From contig NW_003314268.1 in assembly GCF_000143415.4 (NCBI RefSeq), positions 1,002,072 through 1,066,071 of the forward strand: a stretch of DNA of 64,000 bases. Reading direction: 5' to 3'. A model generated the notes under the pieces. It was not told where the DNA came from. It was given only the letters and a program-made list of their open reading frames with translations, and made no database searches. Below are positions 43,698-57,645 of the stretch, piece by piece. Within the stretch, counting starts at the first letter, position 1. Every line of letters starts with the position of its first letter. This DNA is from Selaginella moellendorffii. Lineage: Eukaryota > Plantae > Lycopodiophyta. A program made the translations under genes and the position numbers.

Positions 43698-46600
43698 ATT
43701 TAATATAAATTGTAATATCTAATATATTTTCAATAGAACTATAAGCTTACTAAAAAAAATTAAATCCATTATATTACTACTAATTGTTTTTGTAAATTTC
43801 TTAGAAAATTATATCTGGTTTTATGCAAAATTTACGTGTAATCTCATTTTCTTTTTATATAATTTTTTTTCTTTAGAAAAGAACATGTGATTTTGGTTGT
43901 GAATGTAAACTTTTTAAATTAGTTGTGCCAAATGACACAACTATAGACTAATAACTTAGTTCCAGCAAATAAATTTCTTAAGAATGGATTAAATGCTCAT
44001 TCAGACAAAAGAAACAGAATATACTTCCCATTGGAATTATAAGAAATGGCACTGAGAAATGGTTGTCAACTTGAGAGCGTTTCTGTGCTGAATAACAAAT
44101 ATTTTTCCGTTCGGTGAGTTCTCATAGCTCTGAACGAACGAATGGGATGGCAGACATGCAAGTTCGATTTGCTGTTTTATCTGCTTTGAACGATATTTCG
44201 ATACCTTGCATTCAATCTGTCAAGGTAAGTTAAGCCTACAAGAAAGCAGCCACCACACCAATTCTGCTGGTGGTCTGGGTTACAGTGGCGGCAGCTTGTA
44301 CACACATACGTAGAACATTTCTGTCAGTCCACTTAAACCCCCTTGGATACAATCGCTTTGGCGTGCTCGCATAAAACTTTGGCAATGGAGCTCGACAGTG
44401 TCCCAAAAAGATGTAAAGTCTGGCTCTGCTACAATGTTGGGTTCATTCAACAGCAGAGAAGCAGTTGGAGTGGGAGAGCATGTGAAGATCAGAAGTTAGC
44501 AGATCTATCCAATTATAAAACTAAAAAGAAGGAAAACTATAGTTGCTAGGTTCCAGGGCCACCATGTGTTGCGAGCAGAATCTCTAGGAGCTAGAAGAGC
44601 TTCTTCGTGCATTCATTGGAATCGAGACATTTGAGGGAGTGGCAGTGGTGTCATTTTCAAGAAGGCGCTGGTCGCTGGTCGGTCGGTAGTTTGGTTCAAA
44701 GTTCAGACCTTCCAGCAGCACGACTTGCTTCCTCCCTGTTTTGTCAAGCGCCTCCAATTGGTGAAGGTGACGGTGAAGGTGACGGCAGCGGTGGTAGTGG
44801 CGTACCGTGCGTAATGGTTGGTGCTTCGATCATCTTCCCCAAAACTTTTCTCTTCCTCCTTGTGGGAGTTTGAGAAGTCTGGGAAAGCTCTTTAAATTAT
44901 TTCGGGAAGAACATGGTGGGCGGTGGGGAGAACATGAGACACTGTTCCACTCGCTCACACAACTCACTTGCATCAATGATCGTCAAGTTCGTAGCGTAAG
45001 CTGATAGCTAGCCTTTCTCTACCTGAATCATGGGCTTCTTTTCAACTTTTTTTTTTTTTATTTGGAATTTAAACAGCAGACATTTGTGGATTGTGTGTGT
45101 CGTCTGCCGCCACAGGTCCAGAAAGTGTCCCCGCAGCGAGATCTGAACTCTGAAACCGAAGGGGCTTCTGTTTCTTGCTGTGCTAACTCACCCGTCGGCA
45201 TCAGATTCAGTCGCTTATATATACACTTCGAAATTGCAAATGTCGCTTTTCCTATGAATACTATCCATCATTCAATGGCCACATGAACTCGAAAGCAACA
45301 AGACGACGATCCTAAGGTTGAATCATCAATTTTTCTGGTTTGGTTCCATCAACAAACTTAGGGGGACAGGTTGGACCACTCGAGCTTTTTCCTCGCCCAA
45401 CTTGGGATCACAGTTTCGCTTTGAGTGTGACCCAAGAGAACTTTGATCCAGTGCAACTTGCAACTTCATCACTCCGTACTGCTCTATTTCCTTCAAGGAA
45501 ATTTTGTTCGTACGCTGCATGTGGCCGACGGACGTGGCGGGCAGGAACCAATGACCGTTATTCCGTCGCAATCCCACCCGCCACTCCCACGACGCCACGT
45601 CACGGCCCTGTTTCTTCGTTGTCTGGGAAGAAAGAAAATGTTTTCGTTTATCTTCGAAAGCTTCACATGGAAATGATACCGAGACACGTTCTCACGTGGC
45701 CGTGGGATCAGAGTTTCTCCGGAGAGATGCCGAAAGATTCGGCTGGGATTCCCTTGTTGAATCCCATGGCACCAATGCGTTGAAATGGAGTGACATGGGA
45801 GTGGGGTGCACGACGGACGAAACTTTCTTCTCTCCAATTGGCCGGCACTTTGATTTGTCTTTTTGGGGTTCCACTCATGGGATAGATTACAATTTACATC
45901 TTTAAAAAAATGTGGAAAGCTTTCCACCGATTTTTTTTCTTTTCTTTAATCGCTTTGCAACAACGACAACGGCCAACTGAAAGAACATGGATTCGATTCA
46001 AGCGTTGCTCGCCAGATGTTTTATTTGGATTTGGGGCAATCTAAGGCGTTCGTTTGGAAGGTTTGATAATTGTTACGACCCGGCTCCTTGATCAACCAAA
46101 GTAGAAAATGGTTTGCTTGGATTGAAATTCCTTGAAGATGCGCCCGCCATATTATCCAAACTTTGGAAGCATCATCGCCGCCTTCGACATACATTGTCTT
46201 AGTGGATTCCATCTCTATCTAAGATAGATTCCATTTCCATTTCATTTGGAAACTTCAATCTCAAGAGCAACGATTTGCTGACTGGGCGTGGTAAAAACCA
46301 TGCCTTTTTACTCCTCTTTTACCACGCCAGTCAGTGGTCACGCTCTCCGCAAAATCCAACACGCCGCCACGCCACGACCATTATAGAAAATGCATGTGTG
46401 GATGAATCATCAAACACAGGGAAGCAAAGAAAAAAAAAAAAAGCCTTTTTACTTTTGACTGCAGTTTTTACCATCTCCACTACTTACACGCCCTCGGTCA
46501 AAGTAAAAATCGGCGCTCCTCCCAAAACCCAACCAACCAACGTTTCACCTTGTTCTGTTATTTCCGTTGATCAGACAGTGGCTGTCCGTTAGTTTAATTC

Positions 46601-46764
46601 GAAGCTTTCCGCCCGAAAACACTCGAGCGATGGAGAGAACGCCCCACCAAAACGCTCCCGGGATCCAGCTAAGTCACGCTTTCTTTGAGCGGTCCCAATG
46701 CGGCGGCCCGGGGATCGCCCGCTAGCTTAGCGATTTGGCCGAGCGATCGCCTCCCCCCTCGCCG

Positions 46765-46772
46765 TATAAAAA
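46765..46772 (+). promoter_or_regulatory. Probable TATA box of the pectate lyase gene
   Basis: TATAAAAA followed by a pyrimidine-rich leader, ~345 nt before the ATG. Confidence 0.5.
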
Positions 46773-47114
46773 CCCCCCTCTCTTGTTGAGCCATTCATCC
46801 ATCCATTTCATTCATTCAATTGCCCATCCTTTCCCTCTTTTTCTCGCCTTCTTTCTTTCTTTCTTTCTCCCATTCGATTGATCGCTCCCCCTCGCCTTCC
46901 TCTCTCGCGATCCGCGAGTTCTTGGGCTGGATTTCGCAGCGGCAGGGTCTTGATTCCTCTGTTTCTTTGGCGACAAGGCGAGGATACGAAGATTCTCCGC
47001 GCCGTCTGCCGAAATTTCGACCTGCATTGCGCGAAATCCAGCGATCCACCGGGTTTTTCTCTCCCGATTCGTCTCTCCAGCTCCCATTCGATCTCGTCTT
47101 TGCCGGATTCTTGG

Positions 47115-49065
47115 ATGGATCGCCCGGCCAGAGTCTTGCTTCTTGTTCTTGCGTGCTGCTGCGCATCGCTCTTCTTCTCGCTCGCCGCCGCCTCGAGAGC
47201 GCTCAAGGATCATCGACACCAGGGATTCAACGCTAGCGCCAGCGCCAGCGGAGCCATCGATAATCCCAGGTCCGATTTCTTCCCCAGGGTTTCTTGTTTC
47301 TTGGATGCTTCGATTCCTCGTTCTTGTCTGGATCAATGCCCCTGCTTGGGCGAGATTTGGAGGAATTCCTTTCGGATTTCCAGTCCCATTCCTGTTAGCT
47401 GGAGCATTAGGTGAGATGTGTTGATTGTCGAGACAGAGTAGTCGTTGTTCTTCTGGTGGATTTCCACCAGGGAGATTCGAACCCCTGGTCTGGTCTCACT
47501 CTTACTGCCGTGATTCGAACGCGCGTCCTCTTTGTCCTTTGAAAAAAATTCGACTCACTCCGGGCTTTTTTTCTCTCAGAGGGAATGGCACACAAAGGAG
47601 GGAAGCGTTCTCGCTACTGGGCTGTGGCAGCAGCGGCAATCCGATCGACGACTGCTGGCGCTGCGACCCAAACTGGCACAACAACCGCAAGCGCCTGGCC
47701 GAATGCGCGATTGGATTCGGCCGCAACGCGATTGGGGGTAAGAACGGGGAGATCTACGTCGTCACCGACTCGAGCGACGACGACCCAGTGAACCCCAAGC
47801 CCGGCACGCTGCGCTACGGCGTCATCCAGTCGGAGCCGCTGTGGATCATCTTCGAGCGCGACATGAGCATCCGGCTGAGCCAGGAGTTGATCGTCAACAG
47901 CTACAAGACGATCGATGGGCGAGGCGCCAACGTGGAGATTGCTCACGGCCCCTGCATCACGATCCAGTACGTGTCCCACGTCATCGTCCACGGCATCGCG
48001 GTCCACGATTGCAAGCCTGGGGGACCGGCGATGGTGAGGAGCAGCACGACTCACTTCGGATGGAGGACGGTGTCGGACGGGGACGGGATTTCCATCTTTG
48101 GATCCAACAACATCTGGGTGGATCACTGCACGCTCGCACGCTGCACTGATGGTCTCATCGACGCCATCATGGCTTCCACGGACATTACCATTTCAAACAA
48201 CCATTTCAGCGACCACGACAAGGTGTGTGCTCTGCTCTCTCTTTTTTCTCCAAAGTATTCCTTGTTTACAGCATTTCCCCGGACTGGGTTCTTGCATGGA
48301 TGTTTTTTTTCTTGATGTGTTCATGCGTTCTTTGCTCGCCAGATTGCTTGGGTGATTGTTTCCGTTATGTGTTCTTGTGTGTTTGCTCGCTAGATTGCGT
48401 GTCTTGGGAGATTTCTGGTAGCGTAACTGGTTTTTCTCACGCTTGAGTTGTCGATTTGCAGGTGATGCTCCTGGGACACAACGACGATTACACTGCGGAC
48501 CGGGCAATGCAAGTGACTGTAGCTTACAATCACTTTGGACAGGGTTTAGTCGAAAGAATGCCGAGGTCAGCCTCATCCTTTTGCTTTCTTAGCGCACGGG
48601 TTTGGCTTTTCTAAACTGGATTTCGTTTTCTTCTTTTGCTTTTGTAGATGCCGACACGGATACTTCCACGTCGTCAACAACGATTACACCGAGTGGAGGA
48701 TGTACGCCATTGGAGGCAGCGCGAACCCCACGATTAACGCCGAAGGCAATAGATTCTTTGCGGGATTCAACGAAAACTCGAAAGAGGTAACTCTTTACAA
48801 CCTTTTGTTTGTATTTACAAACCTCATGTTTGCTTCTAAACAGATAACAAAGCGAGAGTACACGGAGCAATCCATATGGAAGAGCTGGAACTGGAGATCC
48901 GAGGGGAACTTGTTCATGAATGGAGCGTACTTCATCACGTCTGGAGCTGGATCCGGGTCGGTCTACGGCAAGGCCTCGAGCCTCGCCGCCAAGCCCGCGG
49001 CCTACGTTGGTGAGCTAACTCTCTCGGCAGGAGCACTTCTCTGCGGCATAGGATTTCCATGCTGA
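47115..49065 (+). CDS. Pectate lyase (PL1), multi-exon
   Basis: Signal peptide, [40 protein letters not shown] and [12 protein letters not shown]. Confidence 0.96.
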
Positions 49066-49467
49066 CTTGAGGATGATCATCGCCATCGCCAGTCGTCATC
49101 AGCAGCTGTACAGCAGTACTCCTATAGCTCCTCGATCGGTCTCGCCCTCTTAATTAGCCACTGCGGACTACGATTTTTTTGAAGGTCTCAGACGGAATAA
49201 GCGGTGTTCCATCGCTAGAGGGATGGTTACACGATGGAGAGGGAGAGAGAAAGAGAGGAGCTCCATCTCTCTTTTCCATCTCCATGGAAGCAAGAAGAAG
49301 AAGGAAAGTCTGGCAACCTCGGCCGGGAATGGAAGAACACTGGAAAGAGTTCTCCAGCCTTGGCGCGGAAGCGTTGTTTGTTTGCTCTTTCCATATGAAA
49401 CAAAGAAAAGTTTTTAAGTACCTCCGGAAGTTTTAGTTTTGCTTGATTATAACGCGAAGAACTTGTT

Positions 49468-50954
49468 CTAGCTCTTGCTTCCCTTGTGCTTCAACGCTGC
49501 TGGGCACAAGTTACTAATCAAGCAGTCGCCACAGCGAGGACGAAGTGGAGTGCAAATGGTCTGACCAAATCCAACCTGCGAAGAAAGTTGATACAGAACA
49601 AAACATGGAACAAAATCGAACCAGCAATGGATTGATCGGAACCCATTCTTCCCTCGGCAGCCACGACTCTAGCGAGATCCGCGTCTCCTCTGGAGTTTTC
49701 GTGTCCTTTCAAAGCAAACAAGTATGGATCACAGTCTAGAGAGAACTTTGCTGGAAGAAACAACGTACCAAGCGTTTCTTGGATGTTGATTTTGGATGTG
49801 AGACCCATTCCAGCCGGTTTGTGATCCGGTGGACGTGAGTGTCGACACAAATGCCATGCACGCTCTCCCAGCCGACGTTCATCACCTAGATAAAGTTTTG
49901 GAACTCCGAAGGAACAAAAGGAAGAACTTTGTTTTACCAGATGAGCCATCTTTGGGCCGATTCCAGGAAGAGCGAGGAGTTCACTGAGCGTTTTAGGAAT
50001 GTCTCCTTGGTACTTTTCCAGGCACAGTGCCGCAACTTTCTTGAGATAACTGGCCTTTCTCGCATAGAAGCCAACCTTTCACGGGTCACAGAATCAGAAA
50101 AAAGTCGCGAACGTCAGAGTTTTCCGCACCGGATAGATCGCATCTCTGATTGTCGACTCTTCGGCTTTGGAGAGATCTTCCATCGACAACAAGTGCCGCT
50201 CCGAAAGCCGCTTCATTGCACCTGAGCAGGCTTAAAGTTAAGATCCGAGGGGTATAGGGAACGATCAGAGTATCAAATAATAAACACCATGGTTTACTTC
50301 GTCCTTAGTCTGGCTGGAGAGCAGCGCAGATATGAGAACTGCAACTCTTCGCTCCTGAAAAGCGAAGAAAATCCATTTTGTTCTTCCAAGAAAGAAGAAG
50401 AAGAAACTAAAAACCTTTGGTGGAAGAGAGATTCCAGCTTTCTCGCATCCCATGGAGTCGACTGGGGCATCCTCAGAAGCTCTCATTTTTCGTATCCCTT
50501 CCAAAACTTCTTTCCACTTTGGAGGCTCTCCTGTTAGATGATTACTTTGCTACAAGCAAAGATGGAATAGAATTGAATAGAAGCGCTACCTTTCTTCTTT
50601 AAATCCATAGCTTGATTGCCATCGTCACAATTTCCCTATCGAAAGGAATGAAAAAAAGAAAGAAAGAGAAAGAAAGAATGCGAACCTCGTAAGAGACTTT
50701 TACAAATGCACGCTTGGAAGCCCTCTGGCTATGGACATTCGAAGCACTCCTTTTGTAAGTCCTAAGGCTGGAGGGGCTGGATTCCTGCTTGATCCTCCTC
50801 GGCACAAACGCATCGCTCTTGAGCTCAAACTCGGAGAAAACCGATGAAACATCGCGATTCCTGCGATGCGCCTCACGAGAAAATGAGTGCATCAGACAAG
50901 AAAGGAAACTCACTGTGCAGGAGGAGGCGCGCCATCGCCAGAAAACTCCGCCAT
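49468..50954 (-). CDS. NTH1: Endonuclease III-like DNA glycosylase/AP lyase (HhH-GPD, 4Fe-4S), about 10 short exons
   Basis: Spliced [36 protein letters not shown], Hh[21 protein letters not shown], and FeS motif [22 protein letters not shown]. The start is inferred from splice phase. Confidence 0.92.
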
Positions 50955-51269
50955 TAGAATTAATCGAAGAAACCTAAAACCCTGCGATATGTTCCATCAA
51001 AACCGCAGGAATGTAAAATAAAATTGCTGATGCTATTGACCAGTCAACGAAAATTATTGACCACATGTCCATTGACCGTGACCAGTCAACGATGGCCGAT
51101 GGGTCAACGGTCCGAAAACTCTTTAAAATTTGCTATCAGTACAAGCATATAGCAATTCTTTCATAAAAACTAACTTGGTAACTAGAATGATTGAGTCACT
51201 TCATGATTAGTAAAGAGAATCACTGAGGTGCTCCCCTGGGTCCGTCAGATTTTACTTCTTTTGCAATGT

Positions 51270-51304
51270 CTTGGATTGAACCGGGGACCTCTACTGTGTG
51301 AGCC
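51270..51304 (-). pseudogene. tRNA-Val(CAC)-like 3'-half fragment or SINE relic
   Basis: The reverse complement CTCACACAGTAGAGGTCCCCGGTTCAATCC resembles the plant tRNA-Val anticodon loop and T-arm. There is no 5' half. Confidence 0.35.
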
Positions 51305-52325
51305 ACCCAAGCTCATGAAACCTAGCTTCACTTTGTATCTCCAGTATTCCTTTCTTGATCATGGCTTGGAAGGCATACGCTGAAAGTCTCCTTCCAATTC
51401 ACAATTGCTGATGAAGGTTGTGCCCAAGATCTAGGCACCCTGCACGAAATGCAAAGATAAGATTGTATCTCAGATCTATTACAACGTCTCAGGTACGTAA
51501 TTTCGTCCAAGAGAAATCTCTTCATGACAATAGAGCTGTTTCAAACTATACGCTTATATTCTGGAAGTGGATGATCCACACTACACATTCACTGACGATT
51601 TTAAAAAAATCATAAAGAAGAAGAAGAAGAGGAGTTCGAATCAGGAGATTTCTGAGCCAAACAAGGATAAACATGGCACCTACTGTTGCTGCTCTTCTAG
51701 TGGTCTGAAGCTTGACCATTTCTAGAAGTTCTACGTTTTTTCACTTGCCAGCTTAATCTTATTCCCTTTTCTATTTTTCTTTTTAGAGTCTCGACAAAGC
51801 CAATGTGGCCGATGAATTCTCGGCCAGCTCCATCTGACAGCCTGGTCGCTCGTCTCGTGAGGAAAGGTCTTCCATAACAACTTTATGAATTCTTGACATG
51901 ACATTTTTTTAAGTTGTCGTCCACCTTGCCTCTGACTCCTTGTAGTACCGTTGGACACAATCTCACAAGTTCATGTCAAAGTCAATGCTTGTAAACAGGG
52001 ACTTGACTTGAATAGTGCCTATAGCCAAACTTGCATTGCTTTTTATGAAGCTTTTACGATTCCCCGGAATGATTCCTTCATGCAGGCGTAACATCCTTGA
52101 AATTTAATCGCAACGATGGGAACGACCATTTCAACGTAGCACTCGCGTGCTCGGGATGTTAGATGGACAATCCTATTGCAAGAAATTTTTGATGAAAGAA
52201 AACGAATGATCTGGTGCTCTACGTTAAACCCTCGTTCGAAATTTATTACAAGGAAAACAGAGAGGAGACATCGATCATCTCATCCACAACGAAAACTCTT
52301 TGTGATCAGCAATCAGTCCCGAATT

Positions 52326-52734
52326 CTAGCAGCAGCAGCAAGAGCAGCAGCAGCAGCAATCGTCCTTTGGCTTCGGCTTGGGCTTTTCCACCTTGATCTC
52401 CTGGAAGGATTCCACAGAAATACACTTGCGTTTCTTCTCGGTGGCCTTGAGGATGTCGTCCACCTTGAAATCACCCGTGAAGGTGTAAAAGGGATCGTTA
52501 ACCTCCACTTTCTTCACACCTGCAAGAGCACGAAGATCTCTTGATCAGCGATCAAAATTTGGGAGAATTTGCGGAAATCTACACTCACCGGAGACGTCGT
52601 GATAGATCTGAGACATAATCTTGTCCTTGCATTTGTTGCAAGAGTCCACTTTCAAGACAACCTGCAGCACAGAGCTCGAGATCAAACAAGGCTCAACGAA
52701 ATCAGCCAGACGCAATGCTCACCTTCCAAGCCAT
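52326..52734 (-). CDS. Small HMA-domain protein with poly-Cys tail (copy C1), 3 exons
   Basis: MAWK|VVLKVDSCNKCKDKIMSQIYHDVSG|VKKVEVNDPFYTFTGDF...KPKPKPKDDCCCCCSCCCC*. GT-AG introns are intact. Confidence 0.85.
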
Positions 52735-53039
52735 CTTGATTGTCTACGAATTTGCAGATGACAGTTGTGAAATTCGCAGCTTTGACAAGCTTGAGACGCT
52801 AGATACCGGAAGACGGAGAAGCGGAAGAGAAGAGGGCCCTGCTGCTGACTGGGGAGACGTCATCAATTTAAGCAGTCGGATGGAATGCTTTCCACGGTTT
52901 ACGCCGTGTGGAAGCCGGTCTTTGTATGTACGATGAATCCCGCGCACGTTCGTAAAAAGAAAACTTTTTTTTATTATAATATCGAGACATAGAATCCATT
53001 TGGCGCCAAAGCCCTAATTTTTGGAACAGAAATGTAGAT

Positions 53040-53726
53040 TTGAACTTGATGGTCTCGCTGGCGTGCAAGAGCTGGCGCGCTCACACCGGCGTGGAGCTCC
53101 ACTTCTGCGATTGCGTCCACGACGCCATCTCCAGCGTCATCGCGTGCCTCCGCAAGGTCTGTTTAGAAGCAAACATGAGGTTTGTATACAGACAAAAAGT
53201 TGTAAGAGTTAACCTCTTTCGAGTTTTCGTCGAATCCCTTTGGCATGACCTCCAATGGCTCCAGTCGGTGTAATCGTTGTTGACGACGTGGAAGTATCCA
53301 TGTCGGCATCTACAAAAGCAGAAGAAGAAGACGAAATCCTGTTCGAACAGGGCAATGCAAGTTTACAATCACTTTGGACAGCATCCTTTTTCTTTCTTAG
53401 CTCACAGCAGCACGACATTCTGATCTGCGATCTACGAGATCCGAGCAACCCTACGTCGCGGCGCGGAATGGAGCGTACTTCATCACATCTGGAGCTGGAT
53501 CCGGGTCGGTCTAGGGCAAAGCCTCGAGCCTGGCCGCCAAGCCCGCGGCCTACGTCAGTAGCACTTCTCTGCGGCACAGATTCCATGCTGACTAGTGATT
53601 ATCATCGCCAGTCGTCATCAGCAGCTGTATAGCATTACTGGACTGCGGACTAATTATTATCCCTCTTAATTATTTGAAGGTCTCGGAAGGAATAAGCTGG
53701 TGCAATATCATTTGAAGGATGGTTAC

Positions 53727-53771
<45 letters not shown>

Positions 53772-53960
53772 CCATCTCTCTCCTCCATCTCCATGGAAGA
53801 AAGAAGAAGGAAAGTCTGGCAACCTCGGCCGGGAATGGATGAAAACTGGAAAGAGTTCTCTAGCCCTGACACGGAAGCGTTCTCTCCATTTATGAAACAA
53901 AGAAAGAAGTTGTACCTTTGGAAGTTTTGCTTGATCGTATCCTGAAAAACTTCTTAGCTC
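53040..53960. pseudogene. Mosaic of F-box fragment, antisense and sense pectate lyase fragments
   Basis: SLACKSWR at ~53055. ~53158-53340 is the reverse complement of ~48620-48850. ~53467-53960 matches ~48918-49475 with deletions. Confidence 0.8.
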
Positions 53961-54137
53961 TTAATAGATCATATGTGGATAAAAGATATAATGGAATAGT
54001 GCTAGTTGCTGCAACACAATGTGCAGCAATTTATTTTGTGTTGCTGATTAGGCAAATGGGAGAGTTTGAGAATATTCACAACATATTATTATTCTATAAA
54101 TGTGATAACATATTACTATTTAACATTTATTCCTTGG

Positions 54138-54425
54138 ATGCTTTATTTCGTTAAAGTGGGACTTTTCATTATCCCACTTATGGTGTGTGGCCACATGCCA
54201 TTTTTATAACAACAATAAAAAATTAAAGTTTTAACTTTATAATTTATAAATTAAAAACTTTTCATATGATTTTGTGTTATAATATTGTGAAATATAAAAA
54301 AATAAATTAAAAAACTGATAGAAATATTAATAAATATTAATTAAGTACTAGGAAATGGCATGTGGACACATGCTAATTAATGTCCCACTTTACTGAATAA
54401 GTCCCACTTTAACGAAATAAAACAT
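54138..54425. mobile_element. ~290-bp MITE with target-site duplication
   Basis: TIR atg(c/t)tttatttcgttaaagtgggactt at both ends, flanked by TTGG. The empty site tccttggagaaa is at ~59101-59112. Confidence 0.85.
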
Positions 54426-55204
54426 TTGGAGAAATTACATGGTTAACTAAACTAAAGATAAGGTAGTACCAACTCGAGGAACACCCAATTGCTGGTCTGA
54501 CGAATGAGCCTAGCAGCTCATCTAGACAAAAAGTGGGGTGAATCTAGTAGGCTAGGGCATTGAGATGGAACAGCTGTTTGCAGGGCAGAAATGTGCTCAA
54601 GGACTTGTATACGTATGTGGATCCATCATACACGTGGTGCTCTCTCTCCAGGAGTGCAGATGAAAGATATGTGGATTATATTGCCCAGCTCCTGTTCAAC
54701 GATCTGCTGCCTCCACCTTAATTGTCTTGGGAAATCATCGCAACTGAGACACTAGATACCGAGTCGGAGAGACGGAGACCAGAGAGGGCAAGCCGTACAT
54801 ACTTGGGGCGGAAGATGAACTGCTGGTTCTAGATTAATCATAGATTAATATAAGCAATTTGAATTATATCCCAGCAAGCTACATACGGCAACTCGCATTA
54901 CTTTTTCGAAGCTTCTACGATTCCCCGCTGATTCCTTTATGCAGGCTTTGTGTGTCAACATCCTTGAAATTTAAACATTTCCGCTCCCCCAAAGATGGGA
55001 AGAACCATTTCAACGTAGCACTCGCATGCTCTGGATGTTAGAATCTCAATCCTATTGCAACAAAAATTTGGTGAAAGACACCGAATGATCAGGTGCTCTA
55101 CGTTAAACCCTCGTTCGAACTTGATTACAAGGAAAACAGAGAGGAGAGATCGATCATCTCATCCACAACAAAACCTATGTATGATCAGCAATCAGTCCCG
55201 AATT

Positions 55205-55613
55205 CTAGCAGCAGGAGCAAGAGCAGCAGCAGCAGCAATCGTCCTTTGGCTTCGGCTTGGGCTTTTCCACCTTGATCTCATGGACGGATTCCACAGAAAT
55301 ACACTTGCGTTTCTTCTCGGTGGCCTTGAGGATGTCGTCCACCTTGAAATCACCCGTGAAGGTGTAAAGGGGATCTTTAACCTCCACTTTCTTCACACCT
55401 GCAAGAGCACGAAGATCTCTTGATCAGCGATCAAAATTTGGGAGAATTTGCGGAAATATACACTCACCGGAGACGCTGTGATAGATCTGAGACATCATCT
55501 TGTCCTTGCATTTGTTGCAAGAGTCCACTTTCAAGACAACCTGGAGCACAGAGCTCGAGATCAAACAAGGCTCAACGAAATCAGCCAGACGCAATGCTCA
55601 CCTTCCAAGCCAT
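55205..55613 (-). CDS. Small HMA-domain protein with poly-Cys tail (copy C2)
   Basis: MAWK|VVLKVDSCNKCKDKMMSQIYHSVSG|...KDDCCCCCSCSCC*. Splice sites are intact. Confidence 0.85.
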
Positions 55614-55939
55614 CTTGATTGTCTACGAATTTGCAGATGACAGTTGTGAAATTCGCAGCTTTGACAAGCTTGAGACACTAGATACCGGAGGACGGAGAAG
55701 CGGAAGAGAAGAGGGCCCTGCTGCTGACTGGGGAGACGTCATGAATTTATATCCGAGCAGCAGTCGTTCCACTCCGTTTACGCAGAAAGTTTCCCGTAGG
55801 AATTGCCGTGTGGAAGCCGTGTTTGTAATCCCGCGCACGTTCGTAAAAAGAAAACGTTTTTTTATTATAATATTTTTTATATCGAGACCTAGAATCCATT
55901 TGGCGCCAAAGCCCTAATTTTTTGAACAGAAATGTAGGG

Positions 55940-57645
55940 TTTCATCTTGATGGTCCCTGGCGCGCTCACACCGCCTGGATCGGCACGCTCGTCGTGCGAT
56001 GGAAGATCGCAGGGCGTCATGATCCAGAAGGAGCGCCGCCGAATCTGTGGCAAGCACGGCGTGGAGCCCCACTTCTGCGATTGCGTCCACGACGCCATCT
56101 TCATCGCGTGCCTTCGCAAGGTCTGGTAACTGGATCTTTGCGAGCTTCGAATTCGCGGATGGATTAGAGTACCTCTCCTCGGGGATGCCAGCGAGTTCCA
56201 GCGGCGTTTTGGAGAATCTCTTCACGCCGTCCATGCAAGAAACCGCTCAAGGGGTTCCTGCAAGCGCTTGGCGGAATGCGCGATTGGATTCGGCCGCATG
56301 GTGTAAGACTCGATCTTTGGGTCCGTCCAACAACATCTGGCACGCTCGCTCGCTCCACTGATGGTCTCATCGACGCCATCATGGCTTCCACGACAAGGTG
56401 AGTGCTCTGCTCTCTCTTTTCTCCAAAGTTTTCCTTGTTTACAGCATTTCCCCGGAACAGTTACGATACCAGAAATCTTCGAGCGAACACACAGGAACAC
56501 ATAAAGAAAGCAATCACCCAAACAATCTGGCGAGCAAAGACGCAAGAACACATCAAGAAAAAAACCACCCATGCAAGAACCCAGTTTTATTCACGCTATT
56601 TGCAGGCTCAGATCTCCAGTTCCAGCTCTTCCAGATGGATTCCTCCGTGCACTCTCGCTTTGTTATCTGTTTAGAAGCAAACACGAGGTTTGTATACAGA
56701 CAAAAAGTTGTAAGAGTTAACCTCTTTCGAGTTTTCGTTGAATCCCGCAAAGAATTTATTGCCTTTGGCGTTACCTCCAATGGCTCCAGTCGGTGTAATC
56801 GTTGTTGACGACGTGGAAGTATCCATGTCGGCATCTACAAAAGCAGAAGAAGAAGACGAAATCCTGTTCGAACGGGGCAATACAAGTTTACGATCACTTT
56901 GGACAGCATCCTTTTTCTTTCTTAGCTCACAGCAGCACGACATTCTGATCTGCGATCTACGAGATCCGAGCAACCCTACGTCGCGGCGCGGAATGGAGCG
57001 TACTTCATCACATCTGGAGCTGGATCCGGAAGGAATAAGCGAGCGTGTTCCATCGCTAGCTCCATCTCTCTCCTCCATCTCAATGGAAGAAAGAAGAAGG
57101 AAAGTCTGGCAACCTCCGCCGGGAATGGATGAACACTGGAAAGAGTTCTCTAGCCCTGGCACGGAAGCGTTCTCTCCATTTATGAAACAAAGAAAGAAGT
57201 TGTACCTCTGGAAGTTTTGCTTGATAGTATCCTGAAGAACTTCTTAGCTCTTGCTTCCCTTGACATGCCTAAACGCTGCTTGACACAAGTTAGTAATGAA
57301 GCAGTCGCCACAGCAAGGCCAAGCGGATTGCAAATGGTCTGACCAAATCCATGCATGAAAAAAACATGGAACAAAATGGATTGATCGGAACCCATTCTTC
57401 CCCCGGCAACCACGACTCTAGCGAGATCCACGTCTCCTCTGGAGTTTTCGTGTCCTTTCAAAGCAAACAAGTATGGATCACAGTATAGAGAGAACTTTGC
57501 TGGAAGAAACAACGTACGAAGCGTTTTTTTGGATGTTGATTTTGGATATGATACGCATTCCAGTCGGTTTGTAATCCGGTGGACGTGAGTGTCGACACAA
57601 ATGCATGCACGCTCTCCACGTTCATCACCTACATAAAGTTTTGGA
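55940..57645. pseudogene. Mosaic of F-box, scrambled pectate lyase and NTH1 3'-end fragments
   Basis: Sense PL pieces at ~56260-56455, inverted intron piece at ~56457-56586, inverted exon piece at ~56608-56865, then a copy of ~49190-49900 that includes the last NTH1 exons and introns. Confidence 0.85.

Noticed and set aside
47462-47492. tRNA-like T-arm/B-box (GGTTCGAATCTCC, minus strand) in the first pectate lyase intron
   Set aside because: No cloverleaf or A-box could be built.
54490-54550. Hairpin plus CTAG resembling a Helitron 3' end (also at ~59185)
   Set aside because: Hairpin-to-CTAG spacing is atypical and no matching 5' TC end was identified.
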